From an uncultured delta proteobacterium (GTDB lineage Bacteria; Desulfobacterota; Desulfomonilia; UBA1062), in the NCBI GenBank assembly GCA_963798485.1, contig CAWCTR010000017.1, forward strand, positions 244,512 to 308,511: a stretch of DNA of 64,000 nt, given 5' to 3'. Under the pieces are notes generated by a model. It was not told the origin of the DNA, searched no databases, and saw only the letters and a list, made by a program, of their open reading frames with translations. Shown here one piece after another: positions 1-8,372 of the stretch. The translations under genes were made by a program, and so were the position numbers. Numbering within the stretch: position 1 is the first letter of the stretch; each line of letters starts with the position of its first letter.

Positions 1-1
1 C

Positions 2-1192
2 CGCTATTTGGCGAGCACTCAGGTCACCAAGGAAGATGCCCTGGATTATTATGAAAGTCATAAAACCGAGTTCAGCGAGCCGGCCAAATATCATGTCCGT
101 CAGATCCTCATTAAGATCCCCGAAGGAGCCGATGCCAATCTGATTGCACAGAAAGAACAGCTGATAAAGAAGATCTTGGCTGAGGCGAATGCGGGTAAGG
201 ATTTTACCGCCCTGGCCGCACAATATTCCGAGGATGAGCAGACCGCCAAAAAAGGCGGAGATATGGGTACACTGCCACGTGAAGGATATCCCCAGGGTGT
301 GGGTGAGGTCCTCGAATCCATGAAACCGGGCATGGTGAAAGGGCCGGTAAGGTCTCCTCTGGGCATACATATTTTAAAGCTTGAGGGCAAGGAGGAGAAA
401 AAGGCCATACCCTTTAAGAAGGTTGAAGCCACCGTGACGGATACCTTAAGGCTTCAACGGGCCAAGATGACTGCCCGTGCAGAAGCAGAAAAGGCATTCA
501 TGCAGCTTTATGAACAGTCAAAACCCGACCTCGATGCATTTGCCAAGGCAAATAACCTCCTTGTCAAGCATGCAGGGCCTTTCTCCGAGGGGCAGGATTC
601 AGGACTCTCCATGAGTTCTGAGGCGGTAAAGAAGGCGTTTACCTTCCAGACAGGAGAGCTTGGCGAGGTTGCAAGCACCCCGGTAGGGTTCCTTATTTAC
701 ATGGTAACCAAGAAGGAACCTTCCCGTATACCTGATCTGAAGGAAGTAGCGGACCGTGTTACGGCGGACATCAGGGCAAGGACCGCTGTTGAAAGGGCAA
801 AGGAGTATGCAAAGAAGCTTGCTGCCGGATCACCCGAGCAGTTGAACGTCCAGAACCATGGAACAACAGGAGAGTTCACACGTGCAGCGTCTGCCGTGCC
901 TAAGCTCTCCATGATACCCAAGATCGCAGATGATCTTGATTCGCTGAAAGGCCCCAAGGTCTTTGAGAATAAGGGCTCAATATACCTCGTATGGATGAAG
1001 TCCAAGAAGACGGCAGACATCAGGGCTATGGATAAGAAGCAAAATGATATGATCAAGAGGCAGCTCCTTATGAAAAAACAGGAAATGACCCTCAAGTCCT
1101 ACCTTGATCAGGCCAAGGATGAAAAGCAGGGATGGTATAAGGTAGTGAAGAATGAAGGTAATATGGAAGAAGGCGGCACAGGGGGCAGGTAG
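2..1192 (+). CDS. PpiD/SurA-family peptidyl-prolyl isomerase (5' end outside window)
   Basis: Parvulin/rotamase motifs (RQILIK, FTALAAQYSED, KKGGDMG, GPVRSPLGIHIL); frame is open from the window edge. Confidence 0.85.
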   Translation, partial: RYLASTQVTKEDALDYYESHKTEFSEPAKYHVRQILIKIPEGADANLIAQKEQLIKKILAEANAGKDFTALAAQYSEDEQTAKKGGDMGTLPREGYPQGVGEVLESMKPGMVKGPVRSPLGIHILKLEGKEEKKAIPFKKVEATVTDTLRLQRAKMTARAEAEKAFMQLYEQSKPDLDAFAKANNLLVKHAGPFSEGQDSGLSMSSEAVKKAFTFQTGELGEVASTPVGFLIYMVTKKEPSRIPDLKEVADRVTADIRARTAVERAKEYAKKLAAGSPEQLNVQNHGTTGEFTRAASAVPKLSMIPKIADDLDSLKGPKVFENKGSIYLVWMKSKKTADIRAMDKKQNDMIKRQLLMKKQEMTLKSYLDQAKDEKQGWYKVVKNEGNMEEGGTGGR

Positions 1193-1248
1193 AAGGGGCG
1201 CACACCTTCAGACTTCAACGAAGCTCATTAATCAGATAGGGAGATATA

Positions 1249-1515
1249 TCACTCTTTACTGTAGCGGCTTGCCAGGATCTCCCGTATGTCCGCTTCTTCT
1301 TGGGGAGTTACCTTGAGTCCGCGGGCCTTCATGCCATAGACGAGGCGGTCCCATTCTTTCAGGGGCCGTTTTTGCTGGTAGACCAGCGCAGATGGATGGC
1401 AGGTGGAGCACTTCTGCTCGATTATCTCGGGTTTACCCCAAGTGCATCCCAGGAATATAACCGGAATGATCATAAATATTGCCATCATCAAACTACATCC
1501 CTTTTGTGTTGTCAT
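1249..1515 (-). CDS. Small monoheme c-type cytochrome lipoprotein
   Basis: Hydrophobic leader with FLGC lipobox, CSTCH heme-binding motif, downstream Met candidate axial ligand; start uncertain (1488/1515). Confidence 0.65.
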   Translation of the reverse strand: MTTQKGCSLMMAIFMIIPVIFLGCTWGKPEIIEQKCSTCHPSALVYQQKRPLKEWDRLVYGMKARGLKVTPQEEADIREILASRYSKE

Positions 1516-1571
1516 CACACTTCCCCTATAACTTATCACTATTTTGATGAAAAGACCCGATAAACATCTTT

Positions 1572-2285
1572 ATGCAGACGATCTCTGTCCGATACTGCTT
1601 TATCTATAACAAGGGAAGGGAGGAGGTCTTTGATCTTGTAATTGATGCCCATGATCTCAGCCTGCTTGCTGACATACCTGAAACCCTGCCGGCATGGACC
1701 AAACTCGGGTTTCATCAATGCCCGCATTGTCCCCTGGAAACTCCGGGGCATCTCAGATGCCCGTTGGCGGCACATCTTGTTGATGTAGTGAGGTGTTTTG
1801 AAGGCCTGGTATCTTATGACAAGATCCAACTTACGGTAATAACCCTAGAGAGGACAGTATCCCAGGAGACAACGGCCCAGAGGGCCATCAGCTCTTTGAT
1901 AGGCCTTATCAGTGCTACATCAGGCTGCCCGCATACCGTTTTTTTCAGGCCTATGGCAAGGTATCATCTGCCTCTGGCCAGCGAGGATGAGACCGTATAC
2001 CGGGCCACATCCATGTACCTTCTGGCCCAATATTTCAAGAAGAAAGAGGGCCATGACCCGGATATCGAATTTAAGGGGCTCAAGGAATTATATAAGAAGA
2101 TCGAAATTGTGAACCAGAACATGGCAAAGCGATTGAAGGCCGCTTCGGATACTGATTCAACAGTGAACGCCATAATCTTTTTGGATTTATATGCCAAGGC
2201 AGTACCCTTTGTTATCGAAGAGTCACTTGAGGATATTCACCACCTGTTTAAGCACTTTCTCGCCGAAGCCCCAAGGGTTAAATGA
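1572..2285 (+). CDS. Conserved hypothetical protein (DUF6901-like)
   Basis: WTKLGFHQCPHCPL, CPLA, TSGCP, FRPMARYHLP motifs recalled from this family. Confidence 0.6.
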   Translation: MQTISVRYCFIYNKGREEVFDLVIDAHDLSLLADIPETLPAWTKLGFHQCPHCPLETPGHLRCPLAAHLVDVVRCFEGLVSYDKIQLTVITLERTVSQETTAQRAISSLIGLISATSGCPHTVFFRPMARYHLPLASEDETVYRATSMYLLAQYFKKKEGHDPDIEFKGLKELYKKIEIVNQNMAKRLKAASDTDSTVNAIIFLDLYAKAVPFVIEESLEDIHHLFKHFLAEAPRVK

Positions 2286-2286
2286 T

Positions 2287-3231
2287 TTATTGGATAGTAT
2301 CCAAGACTCTTCTTGCCTCAACGATCTTAGGCAGGTAGCGGTCCTTATCCAGGTCTTCGATCTTTATCTCCCGTGAGTGGGTTGACGAGGCATGAATGAA
2401 TTGACCCTTTCCTATGTAAAGCCCCACGTGGTCTATATGCTGATGTTTCCTGCCGTGCATGTTGAAAAAGAGAAGGTCGCCAGGTTTCAGATCGTACAAG
2501 GAGACCTGTTTGCCTTCGAGGGCCTGATCCCTTGATGACCGGCCCAAAGAAATGCCGTTTTCACTGAATACCTGACGGACGAAACCTGAACAATCAAACC
2601 CATCCGGTGTGGTCCCCCCATAGCGATAGGGAGTCCCAATGTAGCTATATGCCGATTCAAGGATCTTCAGCGTCTGTTCATCAAGCTCTCCATCATTTAA
2701 ACCCTGTCTGGATTTATCTGGTGCATCCTTTGCGAGCTGGAGGTCAATAGGTTCGGTTGGCGTGAGCCCGGTGCGTGAAACAGCTTCGATGGTATGATCC
2801 GGTTTTGAAGCCCTGGCGTGCCGGTGCTTTGCGTTCTCCCCGGAATGTTTGGCAAGGTTAATCTTATGATGGTGTTTATTGCCGGCAACAACTGATTTAC
2901 CCGCAGGCTTCTTTTTTGTGGCACATTTGGCTATATGTGCCTTCTTAGAGGATTGTCCGGCCTGTTTTTTATTGACTCGGTGCCGGTGGTGGGTCTTTTT
3001 TGTCTTAGCAGACCCTTTCTTGATTGCTTCTTCCTGAGAGGATGCAGCGTTTTTCGTACCGTCTTGCGGCTTCTGGAGCGTCTGTTCCGTGGCGGTTTTA
3101 TTTTTGATGGTGACATCCGGTGATGCAAAGGTATTTGTCGTGCGTGCGAAGGCGACTTGTCCGGAACCTACCCCTATGATCCCCATGACTATGAAGAACA
3201 TAACTGGAGCGAGCAAGAACTTCCTCAGCAT
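2287..3231 (-). CDS. NlpC/P60 (C40) cell-wall peptidase with signal peptide and basic low-complexity linker
   Basis: GTPYRYGG, DCSGF, PGDLLFF, HVGLY, FIHASS catalytic motifs. Confidence 0.9.
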   Translation of the reverse strand: MLRKFLLAPVMFFIVMGIIGVGSGQVAFARTTNTFASPDVTIKNKTATEQTLQKPQDGTKNAASSQEEAIKKGSAKTKKTHHRHRVNKKQAGQSSKKAHIAKCATKKKPAGKSVVAGNKHHHKINLAKHSGENAKHRHARASKPDHTIEAVSRTGLTPTEPIDLQLAKDAPDKSRQGLNDGELDEQTLKILESAYSYIGTPYRYGGTTPDGFDCSGFVRQVFSENGISLGRSSRDQALEGKQVSLYDLKPGDLLFFNMHGRKHQHIDHVGLYIGKGQFIHASSTHSREIKIEDLDKDRYLPKIVEARRVLDTIQ

Positions 3232-3311
3232 AACAAACCCCCTCGTTCTCAGTTAAATAAATATTATCTCGGTCCTGAGTTCGGACCACTGAAGTATTAA
3301 TAGTAATTATT

Positions 3312-3340
3312 CTTTTAGCATCCATTATAGGGTATGTCAA
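3312..3340 (-). promoter_or_regulatory. Putative sigma70 promoter of the NlpC/P60 gene
   Basis: Minus-strand TTGACA, 17 nt spacer, TAAAAG preceded by TGn. Confidence 0.35.
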
Positions 3341-3595
3341 GAATGAGGGTGAAAAGTATACTATTACAATAAGTTAAATCATATTTATCCCAAGGGCTTT
3401 CATGTAACCATCTGATTTTCTTAATACCACAAAAAATAGTCATGAAAGCTCACAAATAATTCGAAAAACAACCCAGTCCATTACTAAATTGCATTATATC
3501 CCCTTATACTATTACCTTTATCTGCGTAACCTTTTTTTGGGGGGGAATATCCATTGACAAGGGGTTTGGGCGGGGAATATATCATGCTGCAAATA

Positions 3596-3714
3596 TAGCC
3601 AAAAACCGTCCTTGAGATGGATAGGGGAGACCCGGTAACCGGGGCGTATTCTTGAACAAGATAGGGCACTTCCAGGTCCGAGCCCGTCAGCTAACTTCGT
3701 AGGCCTTTGGAAGG
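3596..3714 (+). promoter_or_regulatory. Cyclic di-AMP (ydaO/yuaA) riboswitch
   Basis: Conserved core GGGGAGACC...GGGGCGTAT...ATAGGG...CCGAGCCCGTCAGCTAACTTCGTAGGC; pseudoknot pairing CTTCCA/TGGAAG; lies upstream of a kimA(ydaO)-type gene. Confidence 0.88.
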
Positions 3715-3808
3715 ATATTATTATGGATGATGATAGTAGTTGTAATCTCCCTGTTCGGGACCTGACCGGCGGTATTTCATGTTAGTGAAATTCTCAAGGT
3801 AGCATCCG

Positions 3809-5791
3809 ATGCCCTCGAACAATCTCAATGACCTTAACCCCTTGCAGCGGATAAAACGGAAACTTATCGGGGAACCAAAGGATCTGAAAGAGGCATCCAT
3901 CTTTCACAAGCTGAGCCTGGTTCCGCTCCTTGCATGGATTGGTCTGGGCGCGGACGGTCTTTCATCCTCCTCATACGGGCCTGAAGAGGCGTTCCGGGCA
4001 CTTGGAAATCACACATACCTGGCACTGTTCCTCGCGCTTGCTACTGCGTTCACGGTTTTCGTGATCTCATATGCCTACTCCCACATCATCGAGCACTTCC
4101 CGTACGGAGGCGGCGGGTATATAGTAGCCACCCATACAATAGGCCAGACCGCGGGTGTAGTCTCCGGGAGCGCCTTGCTCGTCGACTATGTGCTCACCAT
4201 CACCGTATCCCTCGCATCCTGCGGCGATGCCATCTTCAGCTTCCTCCCGGCACAATACCATATGTTAAAGGTTCCCTTCGTCGTTCTCCTCCTCATCTTC
4301 CTCGTTTTGATGAACCTCAGGGGGGTGAAGGAATCCGTCTCCGTACTTGTACCGATCTTCCTGATATTTCTTGCAACCCACGTGCTCTTGCTGGGTTACG
4401 GGATTGGGACCCACCTATCCAAGGCGGGTATTATAGCGCAGCAGCTCCATGGTGAAATCGCGACAGACATGCAGGCCATTGGCCTGGTCGGAGTCATGGC
4501 GATCTTCCTCAGGGCCTTTTCCATGGGTGGTGGGACTTACACAGGCATTGAGGCGGTCTCCAACAGCATGCAGGTTATACGTGAGCCCAAGGTGGGAAAC
4601 GGCAAGCGTACCATGCTCTATATGGCGCTGTCCTTGGCCATTATGGCGGGTGGACTCATTGTATGCTACCTCTTCTTCGATATCAGGCCCACTCCGGGCC
4701 GGACCATGAACGCCATGCTGGCGGATGGGGTCTTCGGTGCATGGCCTTTGGGAGGAATCATCGCCTTGATTACGATATTCTCTGAAGGGGCGCTGCTCAT
4801 GGTCGGCGCCCAGGCGGGGTTCATAGGCGGGCCGAGGATCATGGGCAACATGGCAATTGACCTGTGGTTCCCCAGGAGATTTGCCGCACTTTCGGAACGC
4901 CTCACCATGCAGCATGGTGTCCTACTTATGGGGATATCATCACTTGCCCTGCTTCTCTATACCCATGGGTCAGTCTCTGCACTGGTGGTCATGTATTCTA
5001 TCAACGTGTTTCTCACCTTCTCGCTCTCCCAGTACGGCATGATCAATTACTACCTGAAGAGGAGGAAGAAGGAGACATCATGGAAGCGGTACATCATGGT
5101 CCATCTCCTCGGGTTCATTTTGTGCTTAACAATCCTTATTGTCACCTTGGTGGTGAAGTTTGAAGAAGGCGGGTGGATGACATTGCTCATCACCGGGTGT
5201 CTTATTACCTTGTGCTATATCATCCGCGGGCATTACCGGAACGTAAGAAAAGGGGCGCGCTCACTGGACGACATACTCATGGGTATGTATCTGGAGGGCT
5301 CCAAGGTGAACACGGATCCGTGCAACTCCGAGGACATGACTGCCATTCTCCTCGTAGGGGGCTACAACGGATTCGGCCTGCACTCCTTCCTTTCCATATT
5401 GAGGATCTTTCCGAACGTGTACAAGAATTTCATCTTTGTCTCCATCGGCGAGATAGACTCGGGTTCTTTCAAGGGTGTTGAAGAAATGGAGGCGCTGAAG
5501 CACTCCGTTGAAGACGGATTGAAGAAATACGTGAATCTTGCCCGCAAGCTCGGGTTCGCTGCGGATTACCGAGTGGATATCGGCATCGATGTGGTCGAGA
5601 CGGCCACCAGCCTCTGCCAGAGCGTTGCAGGTGAATATGCGCGTTCAACGGTTTTTGCAGGCCAGCTGATCTTCCAGAAGCAGAGCCTGTTCCAACGGTT
5701 TCTCCACAACGAGACGGCCTTTGCCATACAGCGCCGCCTCCAGTGGGAGGGCATCGCCATGATGATCCTGCCTATCCGGGTCATGATGTAA
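3809..5791 (+). CDS. kimA: KimA/YdaO-like APC-family potassium transporter
   Basis: DGLSSSSYGPEE, GGGGYIVA, LLVDYVLT, TGIEAVSN motifs; ~12 TM segments; C-terminal FLHNETA cytosolic domain. Confidence 0.85.
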   Translation: MPSNNLNDLNPLQRIKRKLIGEPKDLKEASIFHKLSLVPLLAWIGLGADGLSSSSYGPEEAFRALGNHTYLALFLALATAFTVFVISYAYSHIIEHFPYGGGGYIVATHTIGQTAGVVSGSALLVDYVLTITVSLASCGDAIFSFLPAQYHMLKVPFVVLLLIFLVLMNLRGVKESVSVLVPIFLIFLATHVLLLGYGIGTHLSKAGIIAQQLHGEIATDMQAIGLVGVMAIFLRAFSMGGGTYTGIEAVSNSMQVIREPKVGNGKRTMLYMALSLAIMAGGLIVCYLFFDIRPTPGRTMNAMLADGVFGAWPLGGIIALITIFSEGALLMVGAQAGFIGGPRIMGNMAIDLWFPRRFAALSERLTMQHGVLLMGISSLALLLYTHGSVSALVVMYSINVFLTFSLSQYGMINYYLKRRKKETSWKRYIMVHLLGFILCLTILIVTLVVKFEEGGWMTLLITGCLITLCYIIRGHYRNVRKGARSLDDILMGMYLEGSKVNTDPCNSEDMTAILLVGGYNGFGLHSFLSILRIFPNVYKNFIFVSIGEIDSGSFKGVEEMEALKHSVEDGLKKYVNLARKLGFAADYRVDIGIDVVETATSLCQSVAGEYARSTVFAGQLIFQKQSLFQRFLHNETAFAIQRRLQWEGIAMMILPIRVMM

Positions 5792-5808
5792 ATGACTAAA
5801 ACAAGGAT

Positions 5809-5833
5809 GTAGGGGCAGGCCTAGTGCCTGCCC
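5809..5833 (+). repeat. GTAG-type REP-like palindrome, possibly also a bidirectional terminator
   Basis: GTAG-led GGGCAGGC-CTAGT-GCCTGCCC hairpin between convergent genes. Confidence 0.55.
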
Positions 5834-5849
5834 TTTACTATGTTCCCCT

Positions 5850-6446
5850 TCAGACTTTGGGGAAGTAGGTTGAGACAATACCCCTGACTTCCTGCAGCCA
5901 CTTGCGCCGCTGGTCTACCGTGCTCGTGACGATGACGCTGAAGGTCCTGCGCTCGAACATCTGCACACCGCACAGGCCGAAGATACAATTCTTCCACAGG
6001 GTTTCAAGTGGATCGCCAAAGACCCGGATCTCACGCTCAGCTTGGGTGTTTGAGGTGTTAAACACAAGGGCCGTTTTTGCCCTTAGGAGGCCGTTCGGAA
6101 CCCCTTCGCCCAAGTCTCCCTCCTCGAATTCATACGACACCCCCGGCCGTAAAACCCGGTCGATCCACCCCTTAAGGATGGCGGGCGGCTGGCCCCACCA
6201 GTTGGGGTGGACCACGATAATACCGTCAGACTTTGCGATTTCATCGCAGTGCAGTGTGAGCTGCGGTGCCAATTGGGCATCTCTTGAGATCTCATCAGAG
6301 GTAAGTATAGGGTCGAACCCTTCTTCATAGAGATCGTGAAAGATTACCTTGTGTCCATTCTCTTGAAGTTTGTCTATGGCAAATTCCGCAATGGCATGGT
6401 TAAAGCTCCCTGTGACGGGATGGGCCAGGATCACTGATACCTTCAT
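5850..6446 (-). CDS. Flavodoxin-fold NAD(P)H dehydrogenase (quinone), MdaB/KefF family
   Basis: ILAHP..SFNHAI, DLY..GFDP, PNWWGQPPAILKGWIDRV. Confidence 0.88.
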   Translation of the reverse strand: MKVSVILAHPVTGSFNHAIAEFAIDKLQENGHKVIFHDLYEEGFDPILTSDEISRDAQLAPQLTLHCDEIAKSDGIIVVHPNWWGQPPAILKGWIDRVLRPGVSYEFEEGDLGEGVPNGLLRAKTALVFNTSNTQAEREIRVFGDPLETLWKNCIFGLCGVQMFERRTFSVIVTSTVDQRRKWLQEVRGIVSTYFPKV

Positions 6447-6483
6447 GGCATATTCCTTTTGCGGTAAGGATTGATTATGCATA

Positions 6484-7623
6484 CTAATCCCTCAGGAGCT
6501 CCCGTGCAATGACCAGTCTCTGGATTTCAGACGTACCCTCATAGATAGTGGTGGCCCTGGCGTCCCGGTAGAGCCGCTCTACCTTGAAGTCTTTGATATA
6601 ACCGTACCCGCCATGGATCTGCAGGGCGAGATATGCCGTCTTGTTCGCAGCCTCCGAGGCAAAGAGCTTTGCCATGGATGCCTCTTTCGTGAAAGGCACA
6701 CCCTGGTCCTTTTTCCCGGCAGCAGAAAGGGAAAGGAGATGAGCCGCCTCGATGCCGGTTGCCATGTCGGCGATCATCCACTGGATTGCCTGGAACGACC
6801 CGATGGTGCGTCCGAATTGCTTGCGCTCCTTCGCATACCTGATGGCCTCATCCAGGCAGGCCCGTGCGATCCCGATGGCCTGGGAGGCAATGCCGATGCG
6901 GCCGCTGTCCAGGGCAGACATGGCTATCTTGAACCCGATCCCTGTCTTTCCAATCAGGTTCTCTTTGGGCACCTTGCAGTCTTCAAAGATGAGCTCCACC
7001 GTGTTGGATGCCCTCAGTCCCATCTTGTCTTCACGTGAACCGATGGAAAACCCTGGCGTGCCCTTCTCCACGATGATTGCCGAAAGACCCTTGCCGCCCT
7101 TTTCCTCTCCGGTCCTGACAATGAGGTTCACAACATCCGCATATGCGCCATGGGTGATGAAGATTTTAGTGCCATTGACAAGATAGTGATTCCCCTTGTC
7201 CTCGGCCCTGATGCTCAGGCTTGCAGGGTCAGAGCCGGCCCCCGGTTCGGTAAGGGCAAAGCAGCCGAGCAGATCGCCCTGAGCGAGTCTTATGAGGTAT
7301 TTTATCTTCTGGCCTTCATCGCCGAACTTGAGCAACGGCTCGGTGGAGAGGTTCGCCACCGACATGGTTACCGCCGTGGATGCACATGAATAAGCAATCT
7401 CCTGGAGGGCCAGGCAGTAGCTGACAGCCCCGGCGGCTGCCCCGCCATACTCTGCCGGCACCATCATACCGAGCAGGCCGAGCCGGCCCATCTTTTTTAT
7501 CACATCCAAGGGGAAGATCTCCTCCTTGTCTCTTTTTGCAGCCAACGGCTCCAGCTCCTTCCTGGCAAAGTCCCTGGCCATGAGCCTGACCATTTCCTGT
7601 TCTGCGCTGAGATTCAAAGGCAT
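6484..7623 (-). CDS. Acyl-CoA dehydrogenase (butyryl-CoA dehydrogenase-like)
   Basis: FALTEPGAGSD, NGTKIFIT, RKQFG, QIHGGYGY, IYEGTSEIQR. Confidence 0.93.
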   Translation of the reverse strand: MPLNLSAEQEMVRLMARDFARKELEPLAAKRDKEEIFPLDVIKKMGRLGLLGMMVPAEYGGAAAGAVSYCLALQEIAYSCASTAVTMSVANLSTEPLLKFGDEGQKIKYLIRLAQGDLLGCFALTEPGAGSDPASLSIRAEDKGNHYLVNGTKIFITHGAYADVVNLIVRTGEEKGGKGLSAIIVEKGTPGFSIGSREDKMGLRASNTVELIFEDCKVPKENLIGKTGIGFKIAMSALDSGRIGIASQAIGIARACLDEAIRYAKERKQFGRTIGSFQAIQWMIADMATGIEAAHLLSLSAAGKKDQGVPFTKEASMAKLFASEAANKTAYLALQIHGGYGYIKDFKVERLYRDARATTIYEGTSEIQRLVIARELLRD

Positions 7624-7632
7624 ATCCCCTCC

Positions 7633-8181
7633 TCAGGGAACGTAGATAACAACCAGGAGCTCGGCAACCACCTTTGTAGGGTTGCTGAGCTTGTGGTGCA
7701 AAGAGGAATTGAAATGGATGCTCCCGCCCTTCTTGAGCGTGGTAGTGTTCTGGCCTACCTGGATGGTCAGCCCGCCGTCCAGGACATAGATGAATTCTTC
7801 CCCCTCGTGGTGGTATTCAACCCCCTTGTGCTCAGTGGCCGGATCGATAGTGACCCGGTATGCCCGCAGGTGTTTTTCCTCACCGGGCTGTGTCAGCGGT
7901 GCATAGGCGTAGGAGGCAACACGCTTTTTATGGCTTTTCGTACGCTTTTTTGAGGCCTGTTTTTCCTGAGGCCCCTGGAGTAGTTGCTCGATATCTATCT
8001 TGAAGGTTCGGCCAAGCTGGAGCACGAGGGCTACAGGAGGGGCAACATGACCTTCCTCGACCTCTTTCAGCAGTTCGATAGTGTAGCCTGTATCTTGTGA
8101 GAGGTCTTCCAGGCTGAGCCCCTTTTCCTCCCGCATGGTGCTGATTCTCTTGCCGAATGATTCTTCTTGCTTTCTGCTCAT
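7633..8181 (-). CDS. XRE-family HTH plus cupin transcriptional regulator
   Basis: N-terminal HTH (GLSLEDLS); C-terminal cupin HEGEEFIYVL...GGSIHFNSSLHH. Confidence 0.88.
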   Translation of the reverse strand: MSRKQEESFGKRISTMREEKGLSLEDLSQDTGYTIELLKEVEEGHVAPPVALVLQLGRTFKIDIEQLLQGPQEKQASKKRTKSHKKRVASYAYAPLTQPGEEKHLRAYRVTIDPATEHKGVEYHHEGEEFIYVLDGGLTIQVGQNTTTLKKGGSIHFNSSLHHKLSNPTKVVAELLVVIYVP

Positions 8182-8372
8182 GCAACCCCCTGTGTGTATG
8201 CAATGCTCTCAGGCATCATGAGTATCAATTACGAATAAAGACATGATACCATAAGAACATAGCACAAGGACAGATATTAAGAGTGGTTAATGATCTTATT
8301 ATATTACATGCTCTCATACCCGAAACCAACCATGCCCGTGCCGGATTATTGAACATACATCACACCCATGTC

